From Cirrosporium novae-zelandiae (lineage: Eukaryota): 64,000 bases of DNA. Position numbers and translations under genes: made by a program. Shown here piece after piece: positions 13,653 through 28,125 of this stretch (positions are counted from its first letter, which is position 1; each line of letters opens with the position of its first letter). Where the stretch lies: positions 1-64,000 of the forward strand of contig JAPETS010000062.1 in NCBI GenBank assembly GCA_026023565.1, read 5' to 3'. A model generated the notes under the pieces. That model saw nothing but the letters and a program-made list of their open reading frames with translations, ran no database searches and had not been told where the DNA came from.

Positions 13653-16600
13653 ATGGCTCCCAGCGGTTTGCGACAGTTCGGATCAGGAATAGCAAGAAAG
13701 AGCAAGAAATTCTTTCACAAATCTAAGGAATCCCCATCAAGGAATGCTTCCCAGACACGAACGATTGCAGAGAGAGTCAGTACAGAGGTCTGTGGTTCGA
13801 CTTTTGATAGATTCGACGACTGCTAACAACAAATATGAATCTAGGAGGTCGTTACATCCCCCGCTCCTGTATCGCACCTCCAAGATCAAACTTCCCTGCC
13901 ACAGCAAGACCGATATCCTGTTTCGACGATAGCACAGGATCTAGGATCTAGCCATGGTCCTGAAGGGGAGGTACCTGCCCAACTTTGGGAGAAAGCTCTC
14001 CAAACTCTCGATTCCAAAAAGGACACCAAAGAGCTCCTTCATCAGTACAAGAAAATAGTCGATTCCGAAATGCAGGAAGGTGGATTATTTGGCGTTGGAT
14101 CCTCAGAATCATCCTCTCTCAACGTCACGACTTTGGAACGAGTAGAAACTTGGCGGGGAAACCAAGAAATTCGGCAACAATTGAAAGATAAGAGCCAAAT
14201 AGGTAACTCAAAAGGGGAATATGTTACCGACAACATAATAAAAGCAGTGTCTTCTGTCGCGAAAACTCTCTCTCCTCTGGGGGCCGTGAATCCTTACCTT
14301 GGGCTAGCCTGCGCTGGTATCTGTGTCCTGGCGATGGTGAGAGAGTTGAAGATCTTCTTAATTAGTACTCACTGATATCGGTATAGCCACTGCTTAATGC
14401 AATGGAGCAGCATAAAACTCTTGCAAGAGGCCTAGACCAAGTCTCGCTTGCTACTATTCAATTCAACTTGGTGCAAGATCAACTGCAGCGATCCCCATCT
14501 GATCCCCCTGAGGCCTCCCAGATTCAATCGGAGCTCAAGTCCAAGATAGTGAAGCTTTTTTCGAAGATAATCGAATTCCAGGCGAAAGCGGTGTGTTATT
14601 TTTGCAGCTCATATCGAAGAATTCGGGATTTTGTAAAAGCAGATGACTGGGAAGAGCTGCTTGAAGAAATTAATGAAACTAAGAAAGCCTGCTCGGCTTT
14701 GGTAGATCAGATTCGCCAGGGTAGAGAGGATGCACGGCGCAAGAGACAAGTACGCAACAAACAATGATGATCGATATATACACTAACAAGATACCTACAG
14801 GAACTTTCCGAAAAAAGCCAACTCCTTAAGTTGTTACCGCGTGCACCTGCTGCCTTCAATGATGGCGTTTTTCAACACCAGCCTCGGTGCCATCCAAATA
14901 CTCGAGTCGATCTCATTCAGCACATCGAAGATTGGTGTAATGATGCCAACCAAGAATCGTTTATTTTTTGGCTGAAAGGCCTCGCTGGAACAGGAAAGTC
15001 CACTGTCGCCCGAACAATTTCCGCCAGACTATTCGATCGACAACTTCTTGGAGCTAGCTTTTTCTTTGCTCGCGGCCAGGATGACCTCAGTAATGCAAAG
15101 AAATTCTTCACGACTCTCGCTTTCCAGCTCAGCAAACTGTCAAACTCGCTCAATGATGCTATCTCTGAAGTTATTCGCCTGAACGAAGATGTTATCAATA
15201 AACAATATAAAGAACAATGGCGTCATCTTATCTGTGCGCCTTTCGAAAAGTGTCTGCCTCCTCAACCGGTTGTGATCGTGATCGACGCCTTGGATGAATG
15301 CGACAATAAACTAGACATCGAAGTATTGCTCCGGATTATCTCCAAAGCAAATAAGATGAAGGAGAACCCATTACGGTTCTTCATCACCAGCAGACCCGAG
15401 ACTTCAGTCAACTATAGAGTTGACAAGAAGCATGACATATATTTCTATACCCTTGCCCTTCACGAGGTTGAAGAACCTCTCATCACACATGATATTACAG
15501 TCTATCTCAAATCGGAACTAGAACGTATATACGCAAAGTATTCGGATGGCTACGACTGTCCAGATCCAGACCACATCCATCATCTAGCCAAAAGAGCTGG
15601 TAAATTTTTCATCTACGCTGCAACAGTGTGTCGGTTCATAGAGCAAGGAGGCCCACCTATGTATCAACGCCGGCTTTCGAGGCTCCTAAAAAATGATGCA
15701 GGTGGATCCGAAAAAATCGATGACATGTATACTCAAATCCTGGAAAGCGTCACTTTCGACTTTAGCGATGAAGAGAAACAGCAATATTTTCAAAAATTCC
15801 GGTGTATTGTGGGCACTATTATACTTCTTTCTGACCCACTGTCGGTTGTCGGTTTAAGCAGATTGCTCAATATGGATGAAAACGATGTCAAAGCGGAGTT
15901 GTCAGGTCTTGGCTCGATCTTAAACATTCCTAAGAGTGAAGAGGCGCCAATCCATTTATTCCATCTTTCTTTCCACGATTTTCTTCTTGGTGAGAAGAGA
16001 TGCAAGAATCCGAATCTATTTATCCCTGAAGCAAAGACACACAAAGATCTGGTTGGGTGCTGCTTAGACCTGATGTCGAAAACATTGACACAGAATATCT
16101 GCTATTTATCGGGACCTGGTGTGCTGGTGAGCGAAATTGAGGAAAGCAAAGTCCTCGAGTATTTGCCAGCGCATGTTCAATATGCCTGCGAGTATTGGGC
16201 AGCACACCTTGAACGTCTTCAAAACCACCAAGAGAATGTGTCTAAGCCAGATGATAATGGACCAGTTCATAAATTACTTGAGGATAATGGACAAGTTCAT
16301 AAATTTCTTAAGGAACATTTCCTTCATTGGATAGAAGCTCTTAGTCTAATGGGGAAAGTCTCTAACGTTATCTTGATACTTAACCAATTGGAACATCTAT
16401 CTCTTTGGTGCTACCCATGTGATGCTAGCAATTCTATGCAGTCAAGGTCAGCTGGGCTGTATGCGCTTATTAACGACGCTAAACGATTCATTCTTAGGCA
16501 CAGATCGCTGGCTGAACTTGCACCCTTGCAGATATACAGCAGCGCTATTCAGTTTAGTCCGCATAAGAGTATTGTCCGAGCTCTATATCCACAAAAAAAT

Positions 16601-18580
16601 GACGAGGTCAGTGTGGTCTCTGGAGTGGAACAACAATGGAATTCTATCTTACAGACACTCGAGGGCCATTCAAGGACCATCAGGACGATAGCATTTTCTC
16701 CCGACGGAAGTAGATTAGTATCTGGATCCTGGGACTGCGCTGTGCGAGTATGGGACGTTTCAACGGGACGGCTTGATTATATACTTGATGGTCATTTAGA
16801 TTGGGTTTCTACTGTGGCGTTTTCCATTAATGGGAAATTGGCATCCGGGTCTCGGGATAATACTGTGCGAATTTGGGATATTGCAACTGGACAAATTGAC
16901 CATATACTTGAAGGCCATTCAGATGAAATCCAGGTAGTAACCTTTTCTGGGATTAAACTGGCATCTGGATCTAAGGATGGCACTGTGCGAATATGGGATA
17001 CCATAACCGGACGGGCTGATCACATATTCAAGGATTTTACATCACATGGCACAGTAAACATTTCCCCTGATGGAAGTAAGCTAGTATATGGCAATGATAG
17101 TGATCAAATAAAACTGTGGAATGTCACAACTGGACAAGTTGCCCGTACATTTGAAGATGTTTCAGAAAATATCGCATTTTCTTTCGACGGGAGCAAACTG
17201 GCATCCGGATCCGAGGATCATACCCTGCGAATATGGGATATTGCAACTGGGCATTTGGATCACATACTTGTAGGCCATTCAGAATGTATTATAATACCGA
17301 TTTTTTCTCCCGACGGAAAAACACTAATATCTCATTCTGAAGACAATACAATACGAATATGGGATATCGCAACTGAACAAGCTAATCATATATTTAAAAT
17401 TGATGTACATTTTAACCAATGTATAACTCTGTCCCCCAATGGAATGCAATTAGCATTTTCATCCGAGTCCACCTTTATGCAAATAGTGGATACCACAACT
17501 GGAAAGATTACTCGCACGTTCAAGGGCCATTCGGACACTATTAGAACTGTGGCCTTTTCTCCTGATGGAACTAAACTGGCATCTGGATCGTTAGATAATA
17601 CTATCCGAATATGGGATACTACACCTGACCAGATTGACAATATATTGGAAACCCAATCAAATGGTATTTTGACTATATCGTTTTCTCCCGATAAAACCAA
17701 ACTAGTATCTGGATCCTCCGATACCACTATACGGATATGGGATATTGAAACTGGACAGGTTGACCATATATTTCAAGGACATTCAGAGGAGGTTAATTCA
17801 GTGGAATTTTCTTTCAACGGGGATAAATTAGCGTCTGGAGCTGATGATAATACTGTCCGAGTGTGGGATATTGAAACTGAACAAACTGACTGTATATTTA
17901 ATGGTCATTCAGAGGGGATTAATTCAGTGGAATTTTCTTCCAACGGGGATAAATTAGTGTCTGGAGCTTATGATAATACTGTCCGAGTGTGGGATATTGA
18001 AACCGAACAAACTGACTGTATATTTAACGGTCATTCAGATTTGGTTACAGCGCTAACTTTTTCCCCTAATCAAAATAAGGTGGCATCTGGATCTCGTGAT
18101 AACACTGTACAGATATGGGATGTTATAACTGGACAGGTTGACCGCGTGTTAAATTTTGATTTTGGCGTGGTTATGAAGGTGGAGTTTTCCTTAGATGGAA
18201 ATAAAGTGGCGGCTAAATTCTATGACGGTAGTGCGAAAGTGTGGGACGTCAGGACTGGGCAGATTGATCGCACGCCTGGAGAAGGCCATCCAAGCTGGGC
18301 CGAAAATGCATTTCAATCTCGTGGAGGATTGTCTCTGGACGAATCAGAGCGATGGATCACTCGAAATGGCTCAAGGATCTTTTATCTCCCGTTAGATCAT
18401 CAACCGCTCTTTCACTGTGTGCTTTTTGAAGGGAATACAGTAGTAACTGGGAGTGGAAGTGGCTGTGTTACAATCATGCATTTCCGCCCAAACGAAGAAA
18501 CCAGAGACCTATACTACCCCCGCGAGATATCCCCAGCAGACCGATTCACTCCAGTCGATGATGTCCCTGACCAAGAGTAG
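13653..18580 (+). CDS. NLR/STAND protein: NACHT_N-like N-terminus + NACHT + WD40 repeats (HET-E/NWD-like), 4 exons
   Basis: Exons join in frame from ATG 13653 across introns ~13788-13843, ~14337-14386 and ~14750-14800. LWEKAL N-terminal motif, Walker A GLAGTGKS, Walker B IVIDALDEC, FHLSFHDFL, and about 13 GH...WD repeats. Confidence 0.92.
17777..18028 (+). repeat. Two near-identical 126-bp WD40 repeat units
   Basis: Units start at 17777 and 17903; 8 mismatches in 126 nt by manual alignment. Confidence 0.92.
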
Positions 18581-18749
18581 TCTTCGCCGCAGCATTATCA
18601 CCGTCATATCCAATGCCTCCGCTACACACTGGCAAGTCGAAGCCCTTCAAAGAAACAAAAGCAGTATCGCATCACAACTTATCTAACCATACTACTCAGG
18701 TACTTAGTCATCCACGAAGCTCGTAAGCTTCGAAGACAAAGGACAAGAC

Positions 18750-21700
18750 AAGACCCAACTAGAGTGCGTGCGTGCGCTTCAAAATGGGGATTTTGCCTGT
18801 TCCTTAACAGCTCTTCCTTAACAGCTCTTCCTTCTCTCCCCCAGCCTTCAATACTACAATACTATTAACTAGGAGTTATGGGGGGGGCTTTTTTTTTCGC
18901 TACTACTTTTTTACTACTTTAAATGGTGGTGGCGTGGGGGAGTTTTCCTTTACTCTATTTTTTTGCCGGTTAGCTTCTTGATTTCTTGTTTCATGGCACG
19001 CTGGGGTGGGTATTGGTTAAGGGAGCTAGGGGGGAGGGGTCTTCAACTTCACATCTCTCTCTCTCTCACACAAACATACGTGCACGACTTTAGCCCAATG
19101 GATGTATATACATATGCGCACGTGTCATTCGTACCCTTATTTTCATCGTCGATTGATTATCACCTGATATCGCTATCATCATCACCTGAATCCCCATCTC
19201 AATCTCCATCTTGATATCTCACCATTACCATACCTACATCCCACTATGACGCTTACCCCCCTATCCTTATTTCCATTCCCGCTTACCCATTTCGTACAGA
19301 CATGACCCCACTCTACTTATACTTGATAACTTGATCCATGAGAGTCAGGGAGGAGAGTATGCTATGATATCCCTGTTTTTCTTTTCTTTTCTTTCCTCCC
19401 TTTTTAATGAGTGGTTGTCTGCATGGGGTTTATAGCTCATAGGAAGAGTAAGAGGAAGAGAAATATAGGGTACAGATTTTTTTTTTTCACTGGGGGTTGT
19501 TTATACGGTTTATACGGTTTATGGGGTTGGCGAGGAGGAAGAGGGAGAAGGGAGAGTATGTTGCTCTGGCCTTTTCTTTCTTTTGTTAATGGGGATTCTT
19601 TGTGCGGGAGTGGGAGTGGGAGTATGGCATTCTAGTTTTCTTAATTATCTTATCTTTTCTTTATCTTAATGAGAACTACGGTCGATATATGTTATGGAAC
19701 TGCGTGTTGATGTTAGTTACCCTATTCCTATTAGGACTAGAATAGTCTTGAGCACAAGCCCCCTTGCGGGGATACTTGTTCTATCTATTAGCTGCTACAA
19801 GTACCTTTTCTTCTATAAATTCTACAGCTTTCTCACACACTTATTTCATATTTGATCCACAACAATATACCGAGTAGTTAGCTCATATGCCTCCTGGAGT
19901 ATGTATCGGGGTTGACTGATCGGATCTGATTTTGATCTGATCTAATCGGATTGATTGATTGAATGGGTGCATAAATCTACCATATACTTCATACTTACAT
20001 TCGCATGACATGATATGGGCATGATATGGGATGACGTTATGAAATTAAAATTGAAATTTGAAATTGGTGTGAATAGGAATGGGAATGGAAAAGGGTATTT
20101 CGTTCGGTTTTAATTGAATTGGATTCAACTCAGATCGGTCCACTTCAGGTCGAAAGGGTGGGTATATGGATGGATGGATGCTTATATCCACATACCTACA
20201 TACACATGTGTTGAGGTTGTTTACCTGGTGTTCTATTCTACTAGCTAAGATTCTATCTCTAGTGGGAGAGTTACGGTGGTCTGTGCGGGGCTAGGGTTTA
20301 TACCCTACCCTCAACAACATGCACATGCACATACCACCCCTCCTATAATATTTCCGCTCGTGTATTCCCGCTCGTGTCTATATTTAACATCAGCAGTAGC
20401 ACCTTCGACTTGCCCTCCTCCTACCAGAACCCCAACGAGAACCACAACGAAAACTAGAACTAGAATCGGAACCAGAATTAGAATAAAAAATGGGCATGGG
20501 AATAGGATTGAGAATTGGATGGATAGGAGAAGAGAAGATAGCACTTGTGAGGATGTTCTTGGTTGTAGTGGGGTGGTTGATGGGATGTTGATACTGATAC
20601 CGTAGTGGGTGGGCTATGATAAGTTGGAGATATAGGGAGATAGCAGGGAGGGAGAAGGGGGAGATGGGAGAAAGGAGGTGAGGAGAATTCGTCCCTTGCC
20701 ACTACCATCTTTTCTCCTCCACCACCCCCAATAAATATCCTCTCCATCTCCTCTCCTGCAACTATTACTACCTCCCCTCTCCTCTCCATTTTTCCTCTCC
20801 GCCTCTCCCCTATACTACTATACTAACAAAATCCAAAAATCCAACAATCCAACAATATAATCCTACCACAACACCACAATGCCACAACAACTCCCCCTAG
20901 TAATCCCTAGTCCTTAGTCCTTAGTAGTTAATATGAACCATTCTATGTTCCACATCCCACATTTCACGGTACAGTTAATGTAAGTTTAAGATTTATGATG
21001 ACGGGCTTTGAGGATGGGATGAGGTTCTGGAGGGTAAAGGGGTCAAAGGGTGGGATAGGGATTGGAATTGAAGGATAGGTACTATATCATGCTACAATAT
21101 AATATGCAATACTAAGTAATCAACTTTTGATAACTTGGAAGTAGAGTGAATGGTAAGATGGGGAGACAAGCAAAAAAAGGGAAGATTGAGTATTTACAGT
21201 TACATATGTGGATTGGTAGATAGGTAGAATATTAAGTTTATTGATTAATTAAACAGTTTATAAACAGCGGCAAGATGGATAGACAGACAGATAGATAGAT
21301 AGACACTTGGACGCCTGAATACCTAACTACGAAATTCTAAATTCTGGATCTTGAATTCTGAATCCTCGGTAGGCGGCTTGAATAGGTTCATATATCAATG
21401 AATAGAAAGGAGAAGTAGAAAAAGAAAAGGGAAGGGAGGTCTAGAAGGGAAAAAAGGGGAAAAAAGAAAAGAAGAAAGAATAGAAAAGAAGAAAGAGGGA
21501 GGAGAGAAAGGGGTGGGTGGAATATATGTTCTACGTATGAATATACGCTTGGACCGAGAAATCGAATAAATTTTATAAAAAAAATATAAACGTTATAATT
21601 ACAATTACAGTTATCCTTATATCCAATAGCTATATATATATATATATACATACCCCTTTTCCCTAACAACAATAAATACCAACAATAACGGTAATTTGAA

Positions 21701-23700
21701 AATTAATAGAATTGGTAGAATTAATAGATAGATAGATAGGTAGATAGATAGGTAGATAGATAGATACAGGTAGAGAAGGAGGAGAAGAGGAGAGAAAAAG
21801 TGGGAGAGAGGAGAGAGGAAGGAGAAAGGATTGGATAGAATTGAATGGCTTGCCTGAAGAGATAGATGTGAGTAGATATACTGTAGATATTATATTAATT
21901 CTCATACTTATAAGTTATAACCCTACTTCTATATATCTTATACCCCTAACAGTCAATAATAAACAACAGTGAATAACAATGGGATTAATTAGGAAATGAG
22001 TGGAACCAGTAAAATTGATGGAACTGGATTAGTAGAACGAATAGAATTGGATGGATTGATGAGTGAAGAGGTGAGTGGATAGAGTATCGGGTATCGGGCA
22101 TAAGTAGTTGATAGGACTGGCTGAATCCCGTGTTTTAGTTTTAGGCTTTGGAGGGAAAAGGAAGGCAGAAGTGGCTGGCACAAGGGGAAGTTATGGTGTG
22201 TTGGTTTGTCTATATATTTACAGGATGGTGGATACTTGAGTTATAAGGTATACGGATATAGGTAGTTGATAAGACTGTCAAGATTTTTAATTTCTCAGTT
22301 CTAAATGGGGGGGAGGTATCTATCAGTTTTTTTTTTTTAGTTTTCAGCTTTTTAGGTTTGGGTGGATAGAAGGGGGGGAGGGTAGAAGTGGTGGGATAGG
22401 AGGATAGATCGATAAATATCTTACTTACATTTACATTTCCTTACCCCCAAACCCTAAAACCATCCATTCACCTCTTAACCTCCTCCCTAAACAAAAAATA
22501 AAAAACAAAAATTCCAAAATCCCAGAATCACAGAATCCCAAAATCCAACTAAACCTAAAACCAAAACTCCTAATAATTAAAAAGAATATCAGATATATTT
22601 CGGTGAAATATAAAAAAGGAGAGAGAGAGAGAGATAGAGAAAGTAATTGTATAAGGAGGAGGGAGAGAGAAGGGGAAGAGGAAGACAAAAAAAAAGAAAA
22701 AGAAAAAATATTTATAGGTATTGATATTTTTTATTCAATGTCTTCTTATTATAATACCTAGAATACTTATTTATTGGGACAGATCTGGGGATATAGTACT
22801 GGGGTATTACTGGTATAACTAGTGTAGTGTAGTGTAGTGTAGTGTTGGATATGTATGATTTGTATGATTTGTATGATTTGAGATGGAAAGGTGAAAGGTG
22901 AAAGGGGGGGGGGGGGAACTTTGGCTGTGGATGTGGAAGTGGTGGTAGAGAAGGGGTGGTAGGGTGGTAAGGTATTAAGGTAGTAGGGTATATTATGGTA
23001 GGGTTATATTATGACTGGGCAACTGGAATTAGGAGGCTGTAGGTTTGTGGGTAGAAAAATGAATAAAAAGGACAAAAAAAAAAACTGGAATTAGAAAATA
23101 GAATATAAAAAAATAAAAACAGTAAAAAAAATAAACGGTGTTAATTTTTACAGAGAAAAGAATAGACCAGACCAAATAGACGATCTGACGTAAACGGATT
23201 AGACCGAACCGTGTGGTCTGGTTGGTCTGGTCTATTCTTTTCCCTGGCTTTAGTTATAGAAATGGTGGTAGGGTATATTGTGGCTAGCTGAAGAACTGGG
23301 GAAGCGGGGAATTGTAATTGGGGGGCTGTGGAGTTATAGGATCTTGGAGGGATGGGTGGGTAAAAATAAATAAAAAGAATAGATGGGCAAAAAAGATAGA
23401 TAGGTGAGGAGCATGTGGGATTAGGTATCTGATTGATTGATTGATTGGTAGTAGATCCCCGAGTCCGAGCTGAACTGCCTGCCTGCCTACCATACCAACT
23501 ACAACTACAACTAAACCAAACCCTGTAATAGGGAGGCTATGGATTTATGGGATTTTGGACGGATGGATGGGTGAGGATGTATAAAAAATATGTGAGAAGG
23601 ACATATGAGGAGAATATATAGAAAAGATATATATGAGGAGGATATATAAGAAGGATGGGTGATTAGGGATTTGATTGGTTGATTGATTAACTGGTGGTAG
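18750..23700. repeat. About 5-kb low-complexity, SSR-rich gene-free tract
   Basis: (GATA)n, (TA)n, (GA)n, (GTGTA)n, homopolymers and purine/pyrimidine tracts; no protein-like ORF. Confidence 0.8.
23151..23246. mobile_element. 96-bp MITE-like inverted-repeat element
   Basis: Left arm CAGAGAAAAGAATAGACCAGACCAA; right arm TTGGTCTGGTCTATTCTTTTCCCTG (24/25 complementary); CAG...CTG termini; no clear TSD. Confidence 0.6.
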
Positions 23701-23762
23701 GTACCCGAGCCCTCACTACACTGCCTGTCTATCTATCATACCAACCACAACTAAACCAACCC

Positions 23763-25554
23763 CTATATCGTATACCGATAATCCGGATCGCACTGCCACC
23801 TCCCCGCCAACTCCAACGTCCGTGTCCCATGCGTCTTTCCCTCTGCGACCAAATCCTCCTCCGCCGCCCGATCCAGCATCCGATTGCGCCATGCGAGATA
23901 GAACCTCAGCACCGTGGCCAACAACATGCACAGGGCCGAAAACGAAACATTCGCCACGTTGGCCTGCCAGTACCGCGGGCCCTGCGTCGACGGGTAGAAG
24001 TAGCTTGCGTATATGGATGCAAAGTTCGAGCCTGCATTTATAACCGCGTAGCTGACGGCGCGTTTGGATGAGGGACGTGGGAGTGTAGTTGCGACCCAGG
24101 AGAGGATGCAGCCGAAGGAGCCGTACACCGACATCATCATGAAGGTGGCGGTGTAGCGCGCGGCGGTGTTGAGGGTCGTGGCGGAGATTATGAAGCCGAT
24201 GCTGCAGAAGATTTGGGGCCAGAGAATGTGCAGCCAGCGCTCGTTTTTGCGGTCGCTGTGGTTCGAGTTGAGGATGCTGAGGATGGCGGAGAAGACGTAG
24301 GGGGGTGCTGAGAGGAGGAGGGTTTCTGTCGTGTCGTACCCGAGCGTTGCGACAATCGTGGGGAAGAAGTTTATGAATGCTGCGGCGGTGTTGAGGCCGA
24401 GTTGCATGAACCAGATTAGGTAGAGGCTTGGGTCTGTGAATGCCATGCGCAGGCCTTCGAATGTGTTGCTTGTGGCATGATTGTCTTCTTTGTTGGCTTC
24501 TTCGGCGATTCGGAGGATGGCTAGGGTTCGTTCTGAGGGGGATAGCCATTTTGTCGATTCCGGGTAGTTGGGGAGGATGAAGAGGGCGAGGATGGCCACG
24601 GGGATGGTTGCTGTGCCTTCGATTATGACTAGAGGGTAGGAGGGGGGATCAGTTTTGCTTTTTTTTTTGGAGGTTGGGAATTGGGGTTGGGGGATTTACA
24701 GAGCCACCTCCATGCTGCGAGTCCAGCCTTGCCATCCATCCCTGACATGATAGCACTTCCGAGGAGGCCTCCGAATGCTCCTGACATCTGTCCTGCGGCA
24801 TACAGGATTGAGATTCTGGCTGCGAGTTCTTTTTTGGTGTACCAGGAACTAAAGAGAAATAGAGCTCCCGCTGTCGTGATAGCATGTTAGAATGGTATTG
24901 ATGAGAGAGAAGGGGTTTGGCTTACGGAAGAATGGGGCCTCGACGAACCCCAAAAGAAATCGAAGTGCGACGAGCCCGCGATAGGTATGGACAGCACCTG
25001 TGCAAGCACTGACGACCGCCCAGCAACACATTACTGTTGGCTATTCATATAGTCAGTATGTTACTGGTTCATCGGGGAATGAGGCGTACTAGAAATAGGG
25101 CTGGTTTCATCTTGTTCAGGACCATATTGGTTGGAACCTGGATCAAGATGTATCCCACAAAGAAGATGCCTTTGCTCCGGTTAGTTGTCGATCCTCGACA
25201 TACATGTCTTATAAAATAAACTCACTGATGACGGTGTTGTACTCAGTCCCATGAAGATTGAGATCCTCTTCAAACGTCCCAAGCCTAGCAGTGGCAATGT
25301 TGTTTCGATCCAAATAGTTTAAGATGTCTCGAGGAGGGTTAGTCATTACAAGTACAGTATTAACATATTAGAGTATGACAGCAAGACTGACAGATCAACA
25401 TTATCAAGGGCATCAATCGAATATCGATTTTGCGCACCAAGGCCTTTTCTGCTGCTGCACGCTCGGGGCCGACCACCTCTTCTGGATCACAACCAACATC
25501 CAGGGATTCGAGGTGGATACCGTAACCAGCATCTTCGGATTTTCGAATCGACAT
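23763..25554 (-). CDS. MFS transporter, anion:cation symporter (Dal5/Tna1-like) family, multi-exon
   Basis: EKALVRKIDIRLMP, LNYLDRNNIATARLG, LRFLLGFVEAPFF, SWYTKKELAARIS, GLAAWRWL, IIEGTATI, LPNYPESTKWLS, LLSAPPY; multiple hydrophobic helices. Confidence 0.93.
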
Positions 25555-26675
25555 GATGATTCAACAAAAGGGGTATAACTTGAAGAGAGAAGAGAGGAGA
25601 GAGAAGATAGAAGAGAGAGGAAAGGAGAGTTGATAGGAAATAGGAGACAAGGAAAAAGCCCCAAAGAAGCCGAAACATCATTTTCTTTATACACCTGTCA
25701 ATCTATAGACGACTACATAAAAGTTGAAGAATCAAGTTATGATGAATATCTGCCGAGTGGACGCCATCTTGGCAGAACCTGGGGATATTGTGGAGGTTGG
25801 TTAACCCAAGCATCAAACGAGGGTGTAAATGTGACCAAGTTCAACTCAAGGATTTTGATATTGTTTGAAGACCAATCGCATATCGGCTATCGCTTTGGTC
25901 CGAAAAAGGCATAGGTTGATTGTATCCCCACGGGGTTCTAAGTGAAATGCAACACTAAAAGATATTTCGGTGGGGGTTGTGGGTTAACTAAGTAGTCAAG
26001 TTACGTGGTCGTGTTTTTCTCTAGGATTCTACCAATATATTCAAGGGTTCATTTTCTAGCTTCGGTCAAAGTCATCAGACCCCTTAAAGTGCGGCTATTG
26101 ATATTGGGTTAGTACCGAGTTATCCCGAGATACCGAGATTTTAAGGTAGAGGATGAGGAGGAGTCAGTGTGATCGGCAATTCACTTTCAATTCAATCCAA
26201 TTTCAATTCATTTCTAACTGGTCGTCCCCTGGATTTTGCAACTTACCACAGAGTATATCATGCAACCTACCTGGATAGTTTGGAAAATGTCTTGATAGAA
26301 GTATTTTCTTAATTTAGATACAGAGTCAAGACCCGAAGAAGTGAGATACAGCAAAGTTACAGAAATACCGGCGAAACAGATGCCGAGTAATATTTGATAC
26401 CAAATGTAATCCATCCCGAACTCAATTGCCAGAAATCGCCTTATCGGTTACGCTAAATGTAAGCTCTCGTCGCTTTCTTGCCTTTCCTGCTAGGATCGGC
26501 AACAAACAACGAGCCGACCATGGCAACCTGCGGTAATGTGATAATTACTAGTTGGTCTCCAGCATTGTTGTCGAACATGGTCCTTTTCTATATTCAAACG
26601 CCTATATATCTATCCATCATGGGTCCTTTCTCTTCTTTCCTTTACTTGCAACCTTGATTTTCCTCTAATTTAACC

Positions 26676-27787
26676 ATGAAGTCGTCCAAACCCATCGTCC
26701 TCCATATTGGAGATCCCATCAAGTATAATCACCATGTCTACGATACATTTTCCTCCAAATTCACAGTCATTCGTCCTTCCTTGGCTGAACGCCAGAGACC
26801 TGAGTTTATGAAAGCCTTAAAGGAGAAAAGATGGGGAGATTTTGATGCCATCTTTCGTCCTTTCTGGAACACTGGAGGTGAAATGGGAAGATGGGATGCC
26901 GAACTGGTCCCTTTGCTTCCCGAATCAGTCAAAATATTTGCAAGTGCTGGCGCTGGCTATGATTGGGCTGATGTTGATGTTCTTGCCAAGTATGGTATGC
27001 ATTTATCTCCTGTCATCTACTGCTACCCTAGATTTCTCTTGTTGACCTTTGTCGATTAGGTATTATCTACTGCAACGGTGCTGCAGCTTCATCAGAAGCT
27101 GTAGCTGATATGGCCTTGTATCATATTCTTTCCGTATTCAGAAACATCACCTGGTCAGCCCTCGCCGCTCGTTCTGGTGATGCTGGACAATGGTCGGATG
27201 CTCACAAGAATGCCCCCGAAACTGCTTGGAACCCACGAGGCCATAGCCTAGGAATTGTCGGTCTAGGTAACATTGGCTACACAATTGCGCGAAAGGTATA
27301 TGCTGCTTTTGGAATGAATATATATTATCATGATATTATACGAAAGAGCCAGGAGCAGGAGGCGGCCGTCAAGGCCACCTATTTCGATAAGCTTGATGAT
27401 CTTTTGGGTGCATCCGATTGCATTCTCGTCGCTACACCATTCTCAGGAAAGAAACTGATTAATGCTGAAAAACTGTCAAAATTCAAAAAAGGATCGCGAT
27501 TTGTTAATATTGCTCGTGGCACACTTGTGGACGAGGATGCACTTGTTGCGGCCCTTGAATCCGGCCACCTTTTTGCTGCAGGGCTTGATGTTCATGCAAA
27601 CGAACCTCATGTGCATCCTCGTTTGACGAAAATGAAAAATGTGACACTGACCTCTCACAATGCTGGAGGGTCCATGGACACAACGATCGGATTCGAGCGG
27701 CTGGCAATGGAAAACATTGACAAGCTCTTGACGGAAGGCAAAGCGTTAACACCAGTCAACTTCCATCTCATCAAATCCAAACTGTGA
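26676..27787 (+). CDS. D-isomer-specific 2-hydroxyacid dehydrogenase (glyoxylate reductase-like) with C-terminal PTS1 (SKL)
   Basis: SAGAGYD, Rossmann GIVGLGNIG, VNIARG, GLDVHANEP, TSHNAG; one intron ~26996-27059; ends ...LIKSKL*. Confidence 0.93.
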
Positions 27788-28125
27788 GCTAAAGATTTAT
27801 GAGGTTAGAAAAAAATTAGAATAAAATACGCTTAACACCAACTTCAGGCAACATTGGGTGATTCTGATGGATTCTGTAAATTGATTTGTGGATGGAAGCT
27901 TGGAGCTTTTGAGTTTTGAGAAGCTCAAAGGCTACTTGACTGTAAATGGATAACTCAATCCCCCCCCACTTCCCCGGAAAACACTAAACTTAGGCCCCGA
28001 AGGTGAGTTCTTAAGTACGCAGATGCCGTCTGCCATCTACTCAACATTTATTTCCGTACTTCTCCAATCATATTATATCCATCAAACATTCTATAAACCT
28101 AGCATGTCTAATAGCTTGAGACTTG

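Noticed and set aside
13653..14070. Possible amyloid signalling motif at the NLR N-terminus
   Set aside because: No N/Q/G-rich pseudo-repeat (HRAM, PP or sigma-like) seen, and no adjacent effector with a matching motif.
23716..24549. 277-aa alternative-frame ORF overlapping the MFS gene
   Set aside because: Arg/His/Pro-rich by-product of skewed third-position composition; no domain features.
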